Shown piece by piece: positions 1-12,655 of a stretch of 64,000 bases of DNA. The stretch lies in the NCBI GenBank assembly GCA_963514005.1, contig OY740797.1:19468001-19532000 (forward strand), in the 5' to 3' direction. Positions within the stretch are counted from its first letter, which is position 1; each line of letters starts with the position of its first letter. This DNA comes from Raja brachyura. Its lineage: Eukaryota. Below the pieces are notes generated by a model that worked only from the letters and a program-made list of their open reading frames with translations, was not told where the DNA came from and searched no databases. A program made the position numbers and the translations under genes.

Positions 1-839
1 ATTTTATATAAATTAGTAAGCAAAATTTGGGAGCTGGCAATAGAGACAATAGTGTGTCGTATGTCCTGTAGCCCTCTTTATTAATGGGGTGAGAGAAAAG
101 CTAAACTGGTTTAATTTGCAGCTTGCTCGGGTGTGCTAGTGGAGCAGGATTTCTTCTGTGGAAAGCCAGCTTGCGGCAAGGTTTGTACGTTCTCTCAGAG
201 CTGCAACCACTGTACAAGGACATTCTACAAATGACTTTGCCATTTATCTGATGAGGCAGGAGTGCGTGTTGCTGAGAATGTATGGTCCGAAGAGAGTGAA
301 TGGTTTGACACATGAATATTGGTGTTTGGGAATGTGAGCACTTTATATACAGATTTATGTATACGTTTCAATGTGTATAAGTTTAAATACAAATACTCAT
401 ACACATAGGATGTGAATGTTTATAATTGAGTGCATTATATGCATTTCTGCAAACATCTGTGTGCATGTATGTGACTGCATGATTATGCACGTACATGTGC
501 TGAGGAATGAAAATGCAAATGTGTGCTAATATGCATAAGTTTGAAGATGCTCTTTAAAACTTAACTGTAACAATTTTTTTGGATCTACCTTAATTTCCTT
601 TATGGCTCAATGTAAATTTTTTTTATGACATTGTAATAAAATATCTGGAGTCTATTATTATATTAAAGGTGCCATAAAAATGCAAATGTTTCTGCATGCC
701 TGCGCATGGTAGATCTGTCACAGGATGAGATTACCAGGTTGACAGAGAAAAATAATCAAGGGTGTGCTCAAAGCCCCTGAAGAAATGCAAAATCCCTGCA
801 ACTGCTAGCCTACGACTGCTTAAAGTGAGGAAGGGGCAT

Positions 840-1020
840 TCAAAAAATGTGAGACAGGCCCTGGGTACGTGGCAGTAGGAATGCAGCACCTCACAAGTTT
901 CCCATGTTAGTCCCGTTGGCCACCACCTGCCCCATCTGTGGAAGAATCTGAGATTCCCGTGTTGACCTAATTGGCCACTTCATATCCCACTAAAACCAAT
1001 GTGGAAGTCGGTTATCCTAG
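840..1020 (+). mobile_element. Decayed RTE-type LINE 3' fragment
   Basis: Encodes a CPICGRI...L.GH-like C-terminal zinc-finger remnant; heavily mutated. Confidence 0.4.
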
Positions 1021-1499
1021 ATTCATATAGCTGCGTAAGAAGACTTGGTAATTATAATCAGTACACAACCACATGCATGCGTTTGATTATTGGTGTGAAT
1101 GTTTTCATAAGAACATAAATATATCCAACACCATCTATATATGTCATTTGAATGTATTTTATTTGTATAACTGCATGCATCCCTTGAAGTTTGTAATTGA
1201 ATGTGCATAAATTAGTTGGGATGTGTGTAAAATGTGAGTTAAGAATGTCTTTAAATATGACAAGCGCAATGTAGTTGTGGGGATCATGGAAGAATCTGCA
1301 TATTTTGTGTTGTGTCTTTTTTGGTTTGCTTCTAGCACAAGTCAGTATAAATATATGTATGTATCACCGTACATACATAGGCATAATGATCCTATGTCTG
1401 GATATTGATACAGCAATGGATTATCAAACCCTTCATAAATAGTTATTACAATGGGTCTCTTTACCTTTGTGAGTTCTATGATTGCCTTGTAATAGAATC

Positions 1500-2330
1500 A
1501 TAGATAGAATCATAGAAAATAGGTGCAGGACTGGGCCATTCGGCCCTTCGAGCCTGCACCACCATTCAATATGATCATGGCTGATCATCCAACTCAGTAT
1601 CCTGTACCTACCATCTCTCCATACCCCCTGATCCCTTTAGTCACAAGGGCCACATCTAACTCCCTCTTAAATATAGCCAATGAACTGGCCTCAACTACCT
1701 TCTGTGGCAGAGCATTCCACAGATTCACCACTCTCTGTGTGAAAAATGATTTTCTCATCTCGGTCCTAAAAGACTTCCCCCTTATCCTTAAACTGTGACT
1801 CCTTGTTCTGGAGTTCCCCAACATCGGGAACAATCTTCCTGCATCTAGCCTATCCAACCCCTTAAGAATTTTCTAAGTCTCTACAGGATCCCCCCTCAAT
1901 CTCCTAAATTCCAGCGAGTACAAGCAGAGCCTATCCAGTCCTTCTTCATCTTTTCTGCCATCTTTTCTGCGATCTTCATCTTTTCTGCCATCCCAGGAAT
2001 CAGTCTGGTGAACCTTCTCTGTACTCCCTCTATGGCAAGAATGTCTTTCCTCAGATTAGGAGACCAAAACTCCAGGTGTGGCCTCACCAAGACCCTGTAC
2101 AACTGCAGTAGAACCTCCTTGCTCTTGTACTCAAATCCTTTTGCTATGAATGCCAACATACCATTTGCTTTCTTCATAGCCTGCTGCACCTGCGTGCCTA
2201 CTTTCAATGACTGGTGTTCACTCTCTGTGAACGCCTCCAAAGTGGATAACCTCACATTTATCCACATTATACTGCATCTGCCATCCTGTTTTTGCCGCCA
2301 AAGTGGATAATCTCACATTTATCGACATAA
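1500..2330 (-). mobile_element. CR1-clade LINE 3' fragment
   Basis: ORFs 1896..2267 and 1594..1857 carry LYRVLVRPHLE, VQRRFTRLIPG and RKSFFTQRVVNLWN motifs. The tail is a (TTCTATG)-like repeat. Confidence 0.9.
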
Positions 2331-2569
2331 TGGGGGGCAGAGAGGTATTGTGACCCAGTTTTGAGCATGAGCAGGAAATTATGTCTATTTGATCCCTTAT
2401 GGGTGTAATTTTTATCAGTCTTGCCGAACGAAAATCAGTTTTGAAATGTTCAACTTAGTAGGAAATTTCTATTACCAGTTAGTTTCTGATACCCCTCAGT
2501 TTGCCTTGTAAATTGATATTATGCCTGGTTTCTATAACCAGATAAAACACATTATTTCCATGACATTCA

Positions 2570-2860
2570 AAAACAGTAGCTAGAAGAGCAGGTAAGAAAC
2601 TGGATATCCCCTGATAAATGACATGCCCCTGTGTCCCCCAAAACCTTTATACTTTCTGCAAGGCACAAGTGAAGAGGTTGATTGAATACTCTTGAAATGT
2701 TGGATGAGCAGGACACCACAAGTGCTCCAGAAGCTTGATACCATCGAGAGGAAAGCAGCCCACATGATTGTCACTCCATCGACTGCCAGTGTGCCATGTA
2801 CAAAATGCACTGCTGTTACTCGTCGAGGCTTCTTTAACAGTATCTGCCAAACTTTTGATC
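2570..2860 (+). mobile_element. Old CR1/L2-group LINE 3' fragment (related copies at about 21640-22500 and 61250-61900)
   Basis: The KAQV..V.EYS...W......LQKLDTI..KAA motif is recognisable in these copies. Confidence 0.55.
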
Positions 2861-3516
2861 TTTGTCGGAAGGAACTGCAGATGCTGGTTTACACAGAAGA
2901 TAGACACAAAATGCTGGAGTAACTCAGTGGGACAAGCAGCATCTCTGGTTAGAAGGAATGGGTGATTTCAACAAGGGTCTCGACCCAAAACATCACCCAT
3001 TCCTTCTATCTATTCTTCACCAGAAGGACTTTGGTGGTTGAAGAATGTGGATTACTGCCACCATTTGGAGAGTATATAGGAATGGACAATAAATACTGAC
3101 CTAGTCACCAATACCCATGTCCCAGAAAATTAATGAAAAAATAAAACTTACTGTCCCTTTAATTGTTTATTCTTGCAAAGGAAGTGCTAGGCAAAGTCAG
3201 AGCCAAGGGTATCAATGCAAGATCATAGTGCAGCAAGGGGCAAGAGAATATTTGAACAAACCAGGTAAATCCACTACTCCACCTTGTTTTATGTTTAATA
3301 CATTTTCAGGATTTAGGCATTACTGGAAAGTTCAGTATCTATCGAAAATCAAAAGGCCGGCACTGGCCAGAAATCTGAAATAAAGGCAGAAAATAGTGGA
3401 AATGGTCAACAAGTCAAGTAGTATCTGTGTAAAGTGTAAATAGGGTTTCAGGTGGAGGATTCCCCCCTCCCCCTCCCCTTGACATCAGAACAGGGAAAGA
3501 GAGAAAACAATGTTCA

Positions 3517-3644
3517 AGAAGGAACTGCAGAAGCTGGAAAATCGAAGGTAGACAAAAGTGCTGGAGAAACTCAGCGGGTGAGGCAGCATCTATGGAGCGA
3601 AGGAAATGGGCAACGTTTCAGGCCGAAACTCTTCTTCAGACCTA
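3517..3644 (-). mobile_element. Penelope-derived terminal repeat copy with hammerhead-like motif (3607-3644)
   Basis: Minus strand reads UAGGU-CUGAAGA-A-GAGUUUCGGCCU-GAAAC-GUU-GCCCA; stem II is partly mismatched. Confidence 0.7.
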
Positions 3645-4357
3645 GAAGAGAGAAAACAAGTTAGTTTCAAGTGGCATGGATGGCGGGAAAGGGATAGATA
3701 GGACAAAGGGATTGTCACTGATGGAATGAGGCCAGGATTGCTATGGTAATAAGTGTGGATGTAGCTATTCTTGTTGACAGGTTGAAGGATGTTGGAGACA
3801 GAAAACCATGAGTAATTTAGTTTTAATTCGTGTTTTCTAATTGTTGGCAAAGGAGAAAAAGGAAACAAGAAAGTAAAAGCTATGAAACATAGCAGGAAAT
3901 AGTCAGCAAGTTTTGCCTTACAGAGAAAGGAAAATCTAAGCCAATAATGCTGAAGGATCATTAGAACAGAGCTAGTGACATGAGATATAATCACACAAAG
4001 CAAGTCACATGATGTTGAAGAAATCAACATTAAGGTCTGGAAGGCTGCAACAGCCCAGATGGAAAATGAATAACAGTGGGCATGTGCACCCAACTGGCAT
4101 TTTCCAGGAAGCTAGTTCTTCAAAGCAAATGTTTTTTGTCACTCCGTTATTGTGTGTTAAATATGCTCAAGCCATTGAAAGCATAATTGCCAGAGTGGTG
4201 TGTTCAAGGTAGGGATCTGTGTGTGACCCAAGGCAGTGTCTTCTTATCCTTTGTACAGAATTTATCTTGTGCATGAACATGGGAGCTGTTCAGTTCCATC
4301 TCTTAATCATAGCACAGGACCCAGGTCTTGCTACCACAAAATAAAGTACTGAGGACA

Positions 4358-4526
4358 CAAGGTTGGTGCAGTTTGTTACACAACTGAACCCAAGGCCTTT
4401 ACATCTTTCCTAAAGTGTAGTGACTAGAATTGGAAAAAGAAGCGTTTTAACCAATTCTAATCACTACACTTTAGGAAAGATGTAAAGGCCTTTGGTTTGG
4501 TTGAGTAACAAACTGCACAAACATTG
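4358..4526. repeat. Long inverted repeat (about 76-bp arms, 17-nt spacer)
   Basis: 4358-4433 is the reverse complement of 4451-4526 with few mismatches. Confidence 0.9.
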
Positions 4527-5366
4527 GCAGAGTATCTCCTACAAGAGACAGGTAGACAAAACTGAGTCCAAACTCTTACTTGTGCCAACCTGCTCCATTT
4601 CAAATAAATCTGCCTCCCACATTGATCCTGCAATTCTGATGGGTCAATTTTAGATGGGTCATTGACCAGTGGTATTTCATGAAAAGTCTGTAAGTTCATG
4701 CAGGAGTGTGTCAATGTGAAATTTGGCCAAGTGTGGATTTCAGTTGTGTTTTTGAATGGAATTATATCTATATAGTTGATGCACGTGCATATGAGCATGA
4801 AGCTATAGAAATTGAATAACTTTTGCATGTGGTGTAGATGTATGTGGATGACCACCATCGTATGTGTGCATTTCTCTTTGATATCTGAGCATGTGCATTA
4901 TCGTGAATATGTGTGTGTGGTTGCATGATCTTCAGTCATCATTCAGTCTGCAACACACTTGTTTCTGAAATAGAGTCATGATTAGAAGCCCCATGCATGA
5001 GTTTTGAACATAAAATATTCAGGTTGACAGTCCTATAGTTCAGTGGGTGTGATTTAGTTTGGATGTACTTTCTTTCCAGGAAAATTCAAACTTTTTAATA
5101 TAAAATTTAGATAAAAGCTCTAGTGGTTATCTTAATTTAGTAGAGAAAAAAAAAATCACTTTTTTTAAAATAATGAACAATTAATCCTCTCCTGTGACCT
5201 ATATTAATTGCACATCAAAAACACTTAAATCAAGTTACTGTATTTGGCTATGTGTTTTATTGCTGCTTGCTGAAACTTGTGTGCAAATGAGTTTCTGCTT
5301 TCCCTATATTGCAGCAAGAATTTAGTGTGAGTGTTTGGCCAACAATACTCACAGCTGACCTTATCG

Positions 5367-6180
5367 AAAGACACAAAAAGCTGGAGTAACTCAGCGGGAC
5401 AGGCAACATCTCTGGAGAGAAGGAATGGGTGATGTTTCGGGTCGAGACCCTTCTTCAGACTGGTTATGGATAAGGGAAACGAGAGATATGGACAGTAATA
5501 ATGGAAAGATAAAGGGAAAGAGAGATATGCAAAAGAAGAGAGATATGCAAAAAAAAGTAACGATGATAAAGGAAACAGGCCATTGTAAGCTGTTTGTAGG
5601 ATGAAAATGAGAAGCTAGTGTGACTTGGGTGGGGGAGAGATAGAGAGAGAGAGAGGGAATGCCGGGGCTATCTGAAGTGAGATAAATCAATCTTCATACC
5701 ACTGGGCTGTAAGCTGCCCAAGTGAAATATGAGATGCTGTTCCTCCAATTTGCGTTTAGCCTCACTCTGACAATGGAGGAGACCGAGGACAAAAAGGTCT
5801 GTGCAGGAATGGGAAGGAGAATTAAACTGTCCAGCAACTGGGAGATCAGGTTGGTGCACGTGGGCTGAGCGAAGGTGTTCCATGAAACAATCGCCCAGTC
5901 TGCGTTTGGTCTCGCTGATGTATAAGAGTCCACATCTTGAACTGTGGATACAGTAGATGAGTTTGGAGGAGGTGCAACTGAACCTCTGCCTAACCTGAAA
6001 GGACTGTCAGGGTCCCTGGACAGAGTCGAGGGAGGAGGTGTAGGGACAGGTGTTACATCTTCTGTGGTTGCAGGGGAAGGTACCTGGGAAGGTGGTGGTT
6101 TGGGTGGGAAGGGATGAGTTAACTAGGGAGTTGTGGAGGGAATGGTCTCCGTGGGACGCGGAAAGGGGTGGAGATGGGAA
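5367..6180 (-). mobile_element. Penelope-like element 3' part: GIY-YIG endonuclease remnant plus pseudo-LTR
   Basis: Peptides TFPCNHRRCNTCPY and EHLRS...LPVAGQFNSPSHS...RKLEEQHLIFHLGSLQPSGM, followed by a terminal repeat shared with about 10 dispersed copies. Confidence 0.85.
5427..5463 (-). ncRNA. Minimal hammerhead ribozyme-like motif in the Penelope pseudo-LTR
   Basis: Minus strand reads CUGAAGA-A-GGGUC-UC-GACCC-GAAAC-AUC-ACCC: both core boxes and a perfect 5-bp stem II. Confidence 0.7.
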
Positions 6181-9100
6181 AATCATAAAGAAAGCCGCCC
6201 ACAATGGTCTAGCCACCTTCATGCCATGAATTTCCCTTTTCCTATGTGGACTGCTGTCAGGTTTTAATTCAAACACTCCCATTGTGTGCAAGTAGCAAAA
6301 ATTCACTAAAATTCCTGATCCGAAATGCCCTGGAGAGTACAGTGTATCAAACTAGCTGTAAGTTGAATTTGGGGCAGAGGCATTTGTTTACATAATTGTA
6401 AACTTATCATCTGCAATGTGACAATGTTAACTCATGGATAACATTATGGTTCTGGAGTGCCAGGTGTGCCCTTACATGCATTTACAAGAGTAAACATCAA
6501 AGGAAAAACTTCTTAACAACTTTTAGACTGTTGACAAACTCAAACATTATCTTCCTTCAAAGTATCACTATGGTACTAGTGACCGAATATTGAGCATTCT
6601 TGGACAATTCACGGTCATGTAACAGACAAGCAAGATGAAAATGGCACAATTAAAAGGAGGGTTGTGTTAATCAGCTCAAACGGTTCAGGCAAAATTTAGG
6701 TGTAAAGAAAAGGTTATGTTTATGAGAAACTACCTACAATAGTATTCAGCAGTTCTGATGCAAGAAAACTGGCTCAACAGCCAATGACATTATGGCATAT
6801 AACTAGGAGGGAAGGGTGGAGTTTTTAGTTTGTATTTCAAATATATTTCACAAAATTCTAAATAGGAATTGGAATATTTACAATAAGGTAGAAGCTAAAA
6901 AAACCATAAAGAAGCATCATGATCATTATTTCCAGTATTTATTTGATAGCATTACAATATATATACAGAATATTAGTTTCTTGGGGCCAGAAAGTTTGGT
7001 ATTGATTCACTTGCAGATCATGCTGTTAAACCTCGCAGACCAAAAATATTTCAGGATATTCTACAGTATGAAAGTTTGGCAAATCATCATTTCTAGCAGA
7101 GCAGGCTGCAAATTGCAGATGAGGGCTGAATTATAGATACTAGTTTTGGGATTTCCATATTAAGCAATGTATGTTCTGAAATTGTGAGGTTGATGGTATA
7201 ATAATGGCAAATGCCAATGGATTGGCCCATTAAAACGGTAAAGTCTGGACCTAGGAGTGGTGTTTAATTGACTGTAATGAGCATGGAGATACTCTGAGCA
7301 GTTAGGTCATCCTGAGGTTGTGCAAATCTTCATCTAAGTTACGTTTTTGTCTTTGTATATGTGCTTCTACACCCTATTGGGACTGGATGTTGGTATACTT
7401 ATTGTGCATTAGTATTAGTTTCAATTTCTGTGATGTATTGTGACCATAGCCATTTCACTAACCATACCCACTTGCATTCCTTCACTTAATTCTGGTACAA
7501 TAACTTGATTTGGTGTCACCATAATTGACAATCAGCAAATTGTAAGCCACTGACCAGATCTCCCGTTTATCTTTTTCACAGTCAGATCACCAGATAAATG
7601 ATTTGCAATGTAGGCTCCATCAGTGTCCTTGAGGTACATCTTTGTAATTTGCATAGACAATGAATCCTGTGAAAGAGAAATAGAAACCAGCTCCTGCTTC
7701 ACTTACAAATAGGAGCTGTTGGTATATGACCTACTTAGACCTTTCGGAAGATGTGGGATATGTAATGAGCCATGCTGTGATTCTGAGAAAGGCCAATACA
7801 TTTATTTGAGGAATGAATAACAACTATGAAAAATGATAGTTGTAAGCATAGCAACAAAGGGAACATTTATCTATATTGCAACTTGAATTAATTAAATCTT
7901 CCCAATGAGTTTTATAAATGTATCATTAACCAAAATATACTCAGCGGGAATGATATCTAAATTGTGGTGTATTATAAGGGAATTTCAGGATAAGTGAACA
8001 GAATCATGGTCAATAAGATTTGTTTGGAACAACTGAAAGTAGGAAATAAAGATAAAGGAGAAAACAGATTTAGTAAGCATATTCTCAAACAGTCTTAAAG
8101 AAGAAGCCAGTCATCAAAAAGCAATGAAAATTATAAACGTGCCAGGCTCAGAACTGAGGGCGCCCATGGATGTTTGGTGGTTGCAGCTTTGGAAATTACA
8201 GAGAGACAGTGCATCCTTGGATAGATTTGAACATTAGAATATTTTTTAAATGGAGCTGTTCCTTGACTGTGAGCCAATGTAGGTCAATGAGCAAAGTTTT
8301 ACATTAGTTAGGGATGGAAAGTGGGAAGCCATCCAGGAAACCATTTGATGTGTTGAATCTGAATGATAAATCAAATGCAAATGGGGAATATTACAGAAGT
8401 ATACCAGGGATGCTTGGATGAGTGCTTGTACACATTTAATGAATTTACAAATGAAGCTGTGATGTTACTTTGGGACACTACATCACAAATAGTTGCTTCA
8501 CAAGCACAATCATTACAAATAGTTGTAATGGTTACTGTCAATGAAGATCCACAGCGTTTATATGTATTTCCAGTGGAATTTCAACAAGAGCTCAGGGACT
8601 CCACCACCTCAATCACGAGTTTAGGAATTAATCTTCTCATGCATTTTATTGTATGCCAGTTTAAGCTGGACAATCCTTTTCATGAAGGTGTCTGTTTAAC
8701 ATTGTGATTGTAATCAATCAAGTTATCCCATTAGCCACATTTTCTAAGAGGATGTTTATTTATTAACAATAATTTATTAAGAAGCAAGTCAAACAACAGC
8801 TTCTACATCCACATTTAAATAAAGGAATCAGAAAACTAATGTTTGAGTTGCTGTTTCCTTGGACCCTGCTTTGAAGGACATAATGTTTACATATAACAAG
8901 ATTGGTTACCCACTAAAATGCAGAAAAATTGGTCTTGCACATTGAATTAACATGATAAGTCTGAATTGCTGCCAAGCAACAACTTTGGCACTGAAAGTTT
9001 TATTTTAGAGGAGTGAAATTTTGATCCTTCAGATCTTAATTATTGTCAGAGATATTATAATGAAAGACTACAATTATTTTAATCCCATCTTTCTCTCCCT

Positions 9101-10919
9101 CTTTTTTTGCTCCTTAGATGGAATTAATTAAGTATTAAACTTAAACTGACAGGGTCAAAATATTTGTGGTTCAAGGAGCATTCCTCATATTGGTTAAGGA
9201 GTCATGCAGTTGGCCATGTGTTTTACACGGGTCCAAGTTGCTCTGCAGAGTGGACTAAGTTCTGTTGATTCTCCAATGATGCCAAGTTGCTTCGCAAATC
9301 TGTGCGAGTATAAGTCTAATAACACTGCATGGTGTTCATTTGACATAACTGTAAAATCTGAGCCATTATCTTTGTCGTTGTGCAGGAGTCTTCATCACAT
9401 TAGCTGTGATAGTGTTTCACAGTGCTTATTTGTCACACCATGAATATGTGTATCTGTCACATTGTGTGTGCTCATCACGTTCTGTTCGAAAGGTGGGAGG
9501 AGTATTCTGTGGAGCTTTACCACTGGCATGAACCAATTGGCCTGTATGATGTATTTTTGTAATGTCAATGATTTGTGTATGACTGCTTATCACATTGTGA
9601 ATTAATCTTAATGACAAGAGTTTCTATTTGTGATAGTGTGAACATGTTTATTTCTGTGTGCCTGCAAAATGACAGTCAGTATGCATTTATCTCTATGTGA
9701 CTATTGAGGTTTAGGGTAGTGTGACTGTTTAGATTGTAGTATAAATATTATATTTCAAGATAATGAGTGTATTTAGTTTAGGGCAGCAAGTATGTTTAAG
9801 ATGGGCAGAATTCAATTGATATGATCACTGAATAATTACTAATCCTCCAACATAGATTCAGTGCCTTTGCATATGTGTTGCAGTATGAATATGGTTAACT
9901 CAGTGTGGCACTGAGACAGAGGACCAGCTATGATTTTTTTCCATGGTGCACAGGTACCAGGGACCGAATGACGAACTCTTGCGTTTTCAAGAGAGTCACG
10001 TTAATAATGTCTAATTGTCATATTATGGAAAACAGAACAATGAAATTCTTACACACAGTAGCATAACAGAAATGTAAAAAACAGTACTCATTATCATTAT
10101 AAACAAAAAATAAATGAACAAAATTAGTGCAAAACGCCCAAAATCCTTAATGCAACCAAGAGAGTTCATAGTTCACTTAAGTTAGTGTTTGTAGTGTTCA
10201 AAAACCTGATGGTTGTAAGGAAAGCATTTTTCTTGAACCTAGAGGCCACAGTTTTCAGCTCCAATACCTTCTTCCCGATGGTAAGAGTAAAATGAGAACA
10301 TGGCCAGGGTGGTGTGGATCCTTGAAGCTGGCTGCTTTTTTGAGGCAGCGCCTTCTGTAGATCCTTTCAATGATGAGCCAGATGGTGTCCCATTACCATT
10401 TGTAATCTTCACATATTTACCTATCACGAGTGCATTGTATGTTTAAGATGGGAGGGGAGGAGGTCTTTTTTGTTTGTCTGTAGGGGTGATCATAGTAGGT
10501 TTACTGTGCAATCAGAAAGGGGATATGTCATGATCACTGGTTTGATAATAGTAAACCAAATACTAGGGATTATTCAATCGGTGTATTTCTCGTGACTTGG
10601 ACTGAGAGGAGGCAGGGGTGGTGGGGTCTGTGCAGTGGCTTTATTTATTAGAGGTCTGGAGATCAGATTACAGATCATTAATAATTTAAGAGTCATGCAT
10701 CTGGTTGAGCTGTATAATCACTGATTCAACATGTACACTGTTTTGAGGAGTTTTTACAATCGCAGAGTTATTAAATAATATGTTGGAAAGTCTAGTTTAA
10801 TGCGAGGTACACTGCATGGAATGGTTCTGTACAATACAACATTTTTGAACAAGGGCTCCATTATGGTCTGCAAAGTTGTGTGTACAATGGATAAAAAGAT
10901 GGTAAGATGTAATGCCTAA

Positions 10920-11109
10920 AGGGCCTGTCCCACTTGGGCGTCATTTGCATGTCATTTACGCAGCATCATTTACGCGTCACGATGTGCGCATGGCGTGCAT
11001 TATGGGTGCATGGCACGGTGGTGCTCGCCGCCCCAGGATTTTGGGATTCTCAAAATCCTCGCGCGCCACCTGCGTGACGCGCAAATGACGTCCAAATGGG
11101 ACAGGCCCT
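10920..11109. mobile_element. PIF/Harbinger-type MITE, 190 bp
   Basis: About 29-bp TIRs AGGGCCTGTCCCACTTGGGCGTCATTTGC / GCAAATGACGTCCAAATGGGACAGGCCCT, flanked by TAA and TGA; CpG-rich. Confidence 0.8.
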
Positions 11110-11201
11110 TGAGTTTTTATAGATATCTGTACTATTATGAATTTTGGGAAATAAAAATAAGATTTCAAGTCACTTACTGTTAATATTTATGATCCCTCTA
11201 G

Positions 11202-11307
11202 GAGCATGACATTGAAACCCCTTATGGGATGTTGCATGTTGTTATCCGTGGTGCACCAAAAGGAAACCGCCCAGCAATCTTGACCTACCACGATGTTGGA
11301 ATGAACC
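11202..11307 (+). CDS. NDRG4: NDRG4 coding exon ([35 protein letters not shown][H]); first exon traced with confidence
   Basis: ctctag acceptor, gtgagt donor, 106 nt. Translation matches the recalled vertebrate NDRG4 N-terminal alpha/beta-hydrolase-fold segment. Confidence 0.96.
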
Positions 11308-12655
11308 GTGAGTACTATTTATCATAAAAGAAACACATATGGCTCTAATTGTTAGGGAAATCGATTTTTTTTTTACACACACAATGCCAATGAATGGGCA
11401 ATTATTTGACCTAATAAATTGTTCCTCGTATCAAGAGTTAGTGGAAAGCCGGTTTACTCAATTGAATTCAACTTAATTACAATGAGCAGGGAAAAGTTTT
11501 ACCTTCAAAAATGTATACAATTGGGGGTTGGAAGGTGGAGTAACTGAATAGGAAAAGGTTTGGTATATTGGAATTCTGTATAATAGGAAGAGATTGATCA
11601 ATTTAAATTCTTTACAATAGCATGGATAGAAAAGTATTTATTTTTTTGAATTCTATATAAAATGTTAAACAAGAGGAAGTTGGTTCTCCTGATGTATTAT
11701 GCAGAGTGACTTGGAAATATTCTCATCCTTTGGCATTGTACATAATTCAGGGTTTTATGTGAAGGAACTTGGTCCAGATCTCTGCTGCTCCTTGGTGTGC
11801 GAACTCATGGAAACGTTAGAATCGCTGTATGGTAAAAGACCAAGCAATATCTAGTTTACTTTGTGCCTTCATGATGCCGTCGTAATGGATTTGGCGACAA
11901 ATCAGAGTCTCTATCAAATAGTCTACAACATACTAGGTCTGAAGTGAAAACAATCTATCATGGCGAACTTTGGACATCATGAGTCTATTTTCCCTTCTCA
12001 ATCATTGTGCCCTTACAGTCTCAAATTACCTATATTTTGCATCTTAAAATTAAAATTTAAAGAATAAATCTGTATTTAATTTTCATTTGAATTCAATAGT
12101 GTAAATTGCTAGGAATATTTACCCAAACAACATATTTCAGAGGTTGATCATAGGCCTAATAGAATGCCAAGCTGCACATTGATTTTAGATTTACCTTTCC
12201 TATTAATTGTAGTGTTATGATTTAAATTCTTGGGTTAAGATTAAATAGTTTGCTCATGTTTGCTTTATCAAATCCCTTTATAATCTTAAAAATATTACCA
12301 TATCATCCCCTAACCACAAGTGCTTCTTAGCAACCCTGTGCCTGGTATCCATGAAGAATGATTACTTTAACATGATTTTGGGTGGTATATTGAAAAGATC
12401 ATTACTTTAAAAAATAACTACCTGTCTAATTCCCAGGTAGACACACTTTTACACCTATTATTGGCATCACAAACTAGATTCTGCTCGAGATGTATGCTTG
12501 AAAGAACAGCTTTTGATGAAAGGCATTAGAATGGGAATTGTGGGATGCTTTTTATAGAGTGTGTTCTGTTCAGCTACAGTGTAAAACACACTAACGTTAT
12601 ACATTTATTAATGGATTTTCTCTGGATGAATAAGCTTTTTTTAAAAAAATAAGAG

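Noticed and set aside
8363-8707. 114-aa ORF
   Set aside because: No recognisable homology or splice context; consistent with chance.
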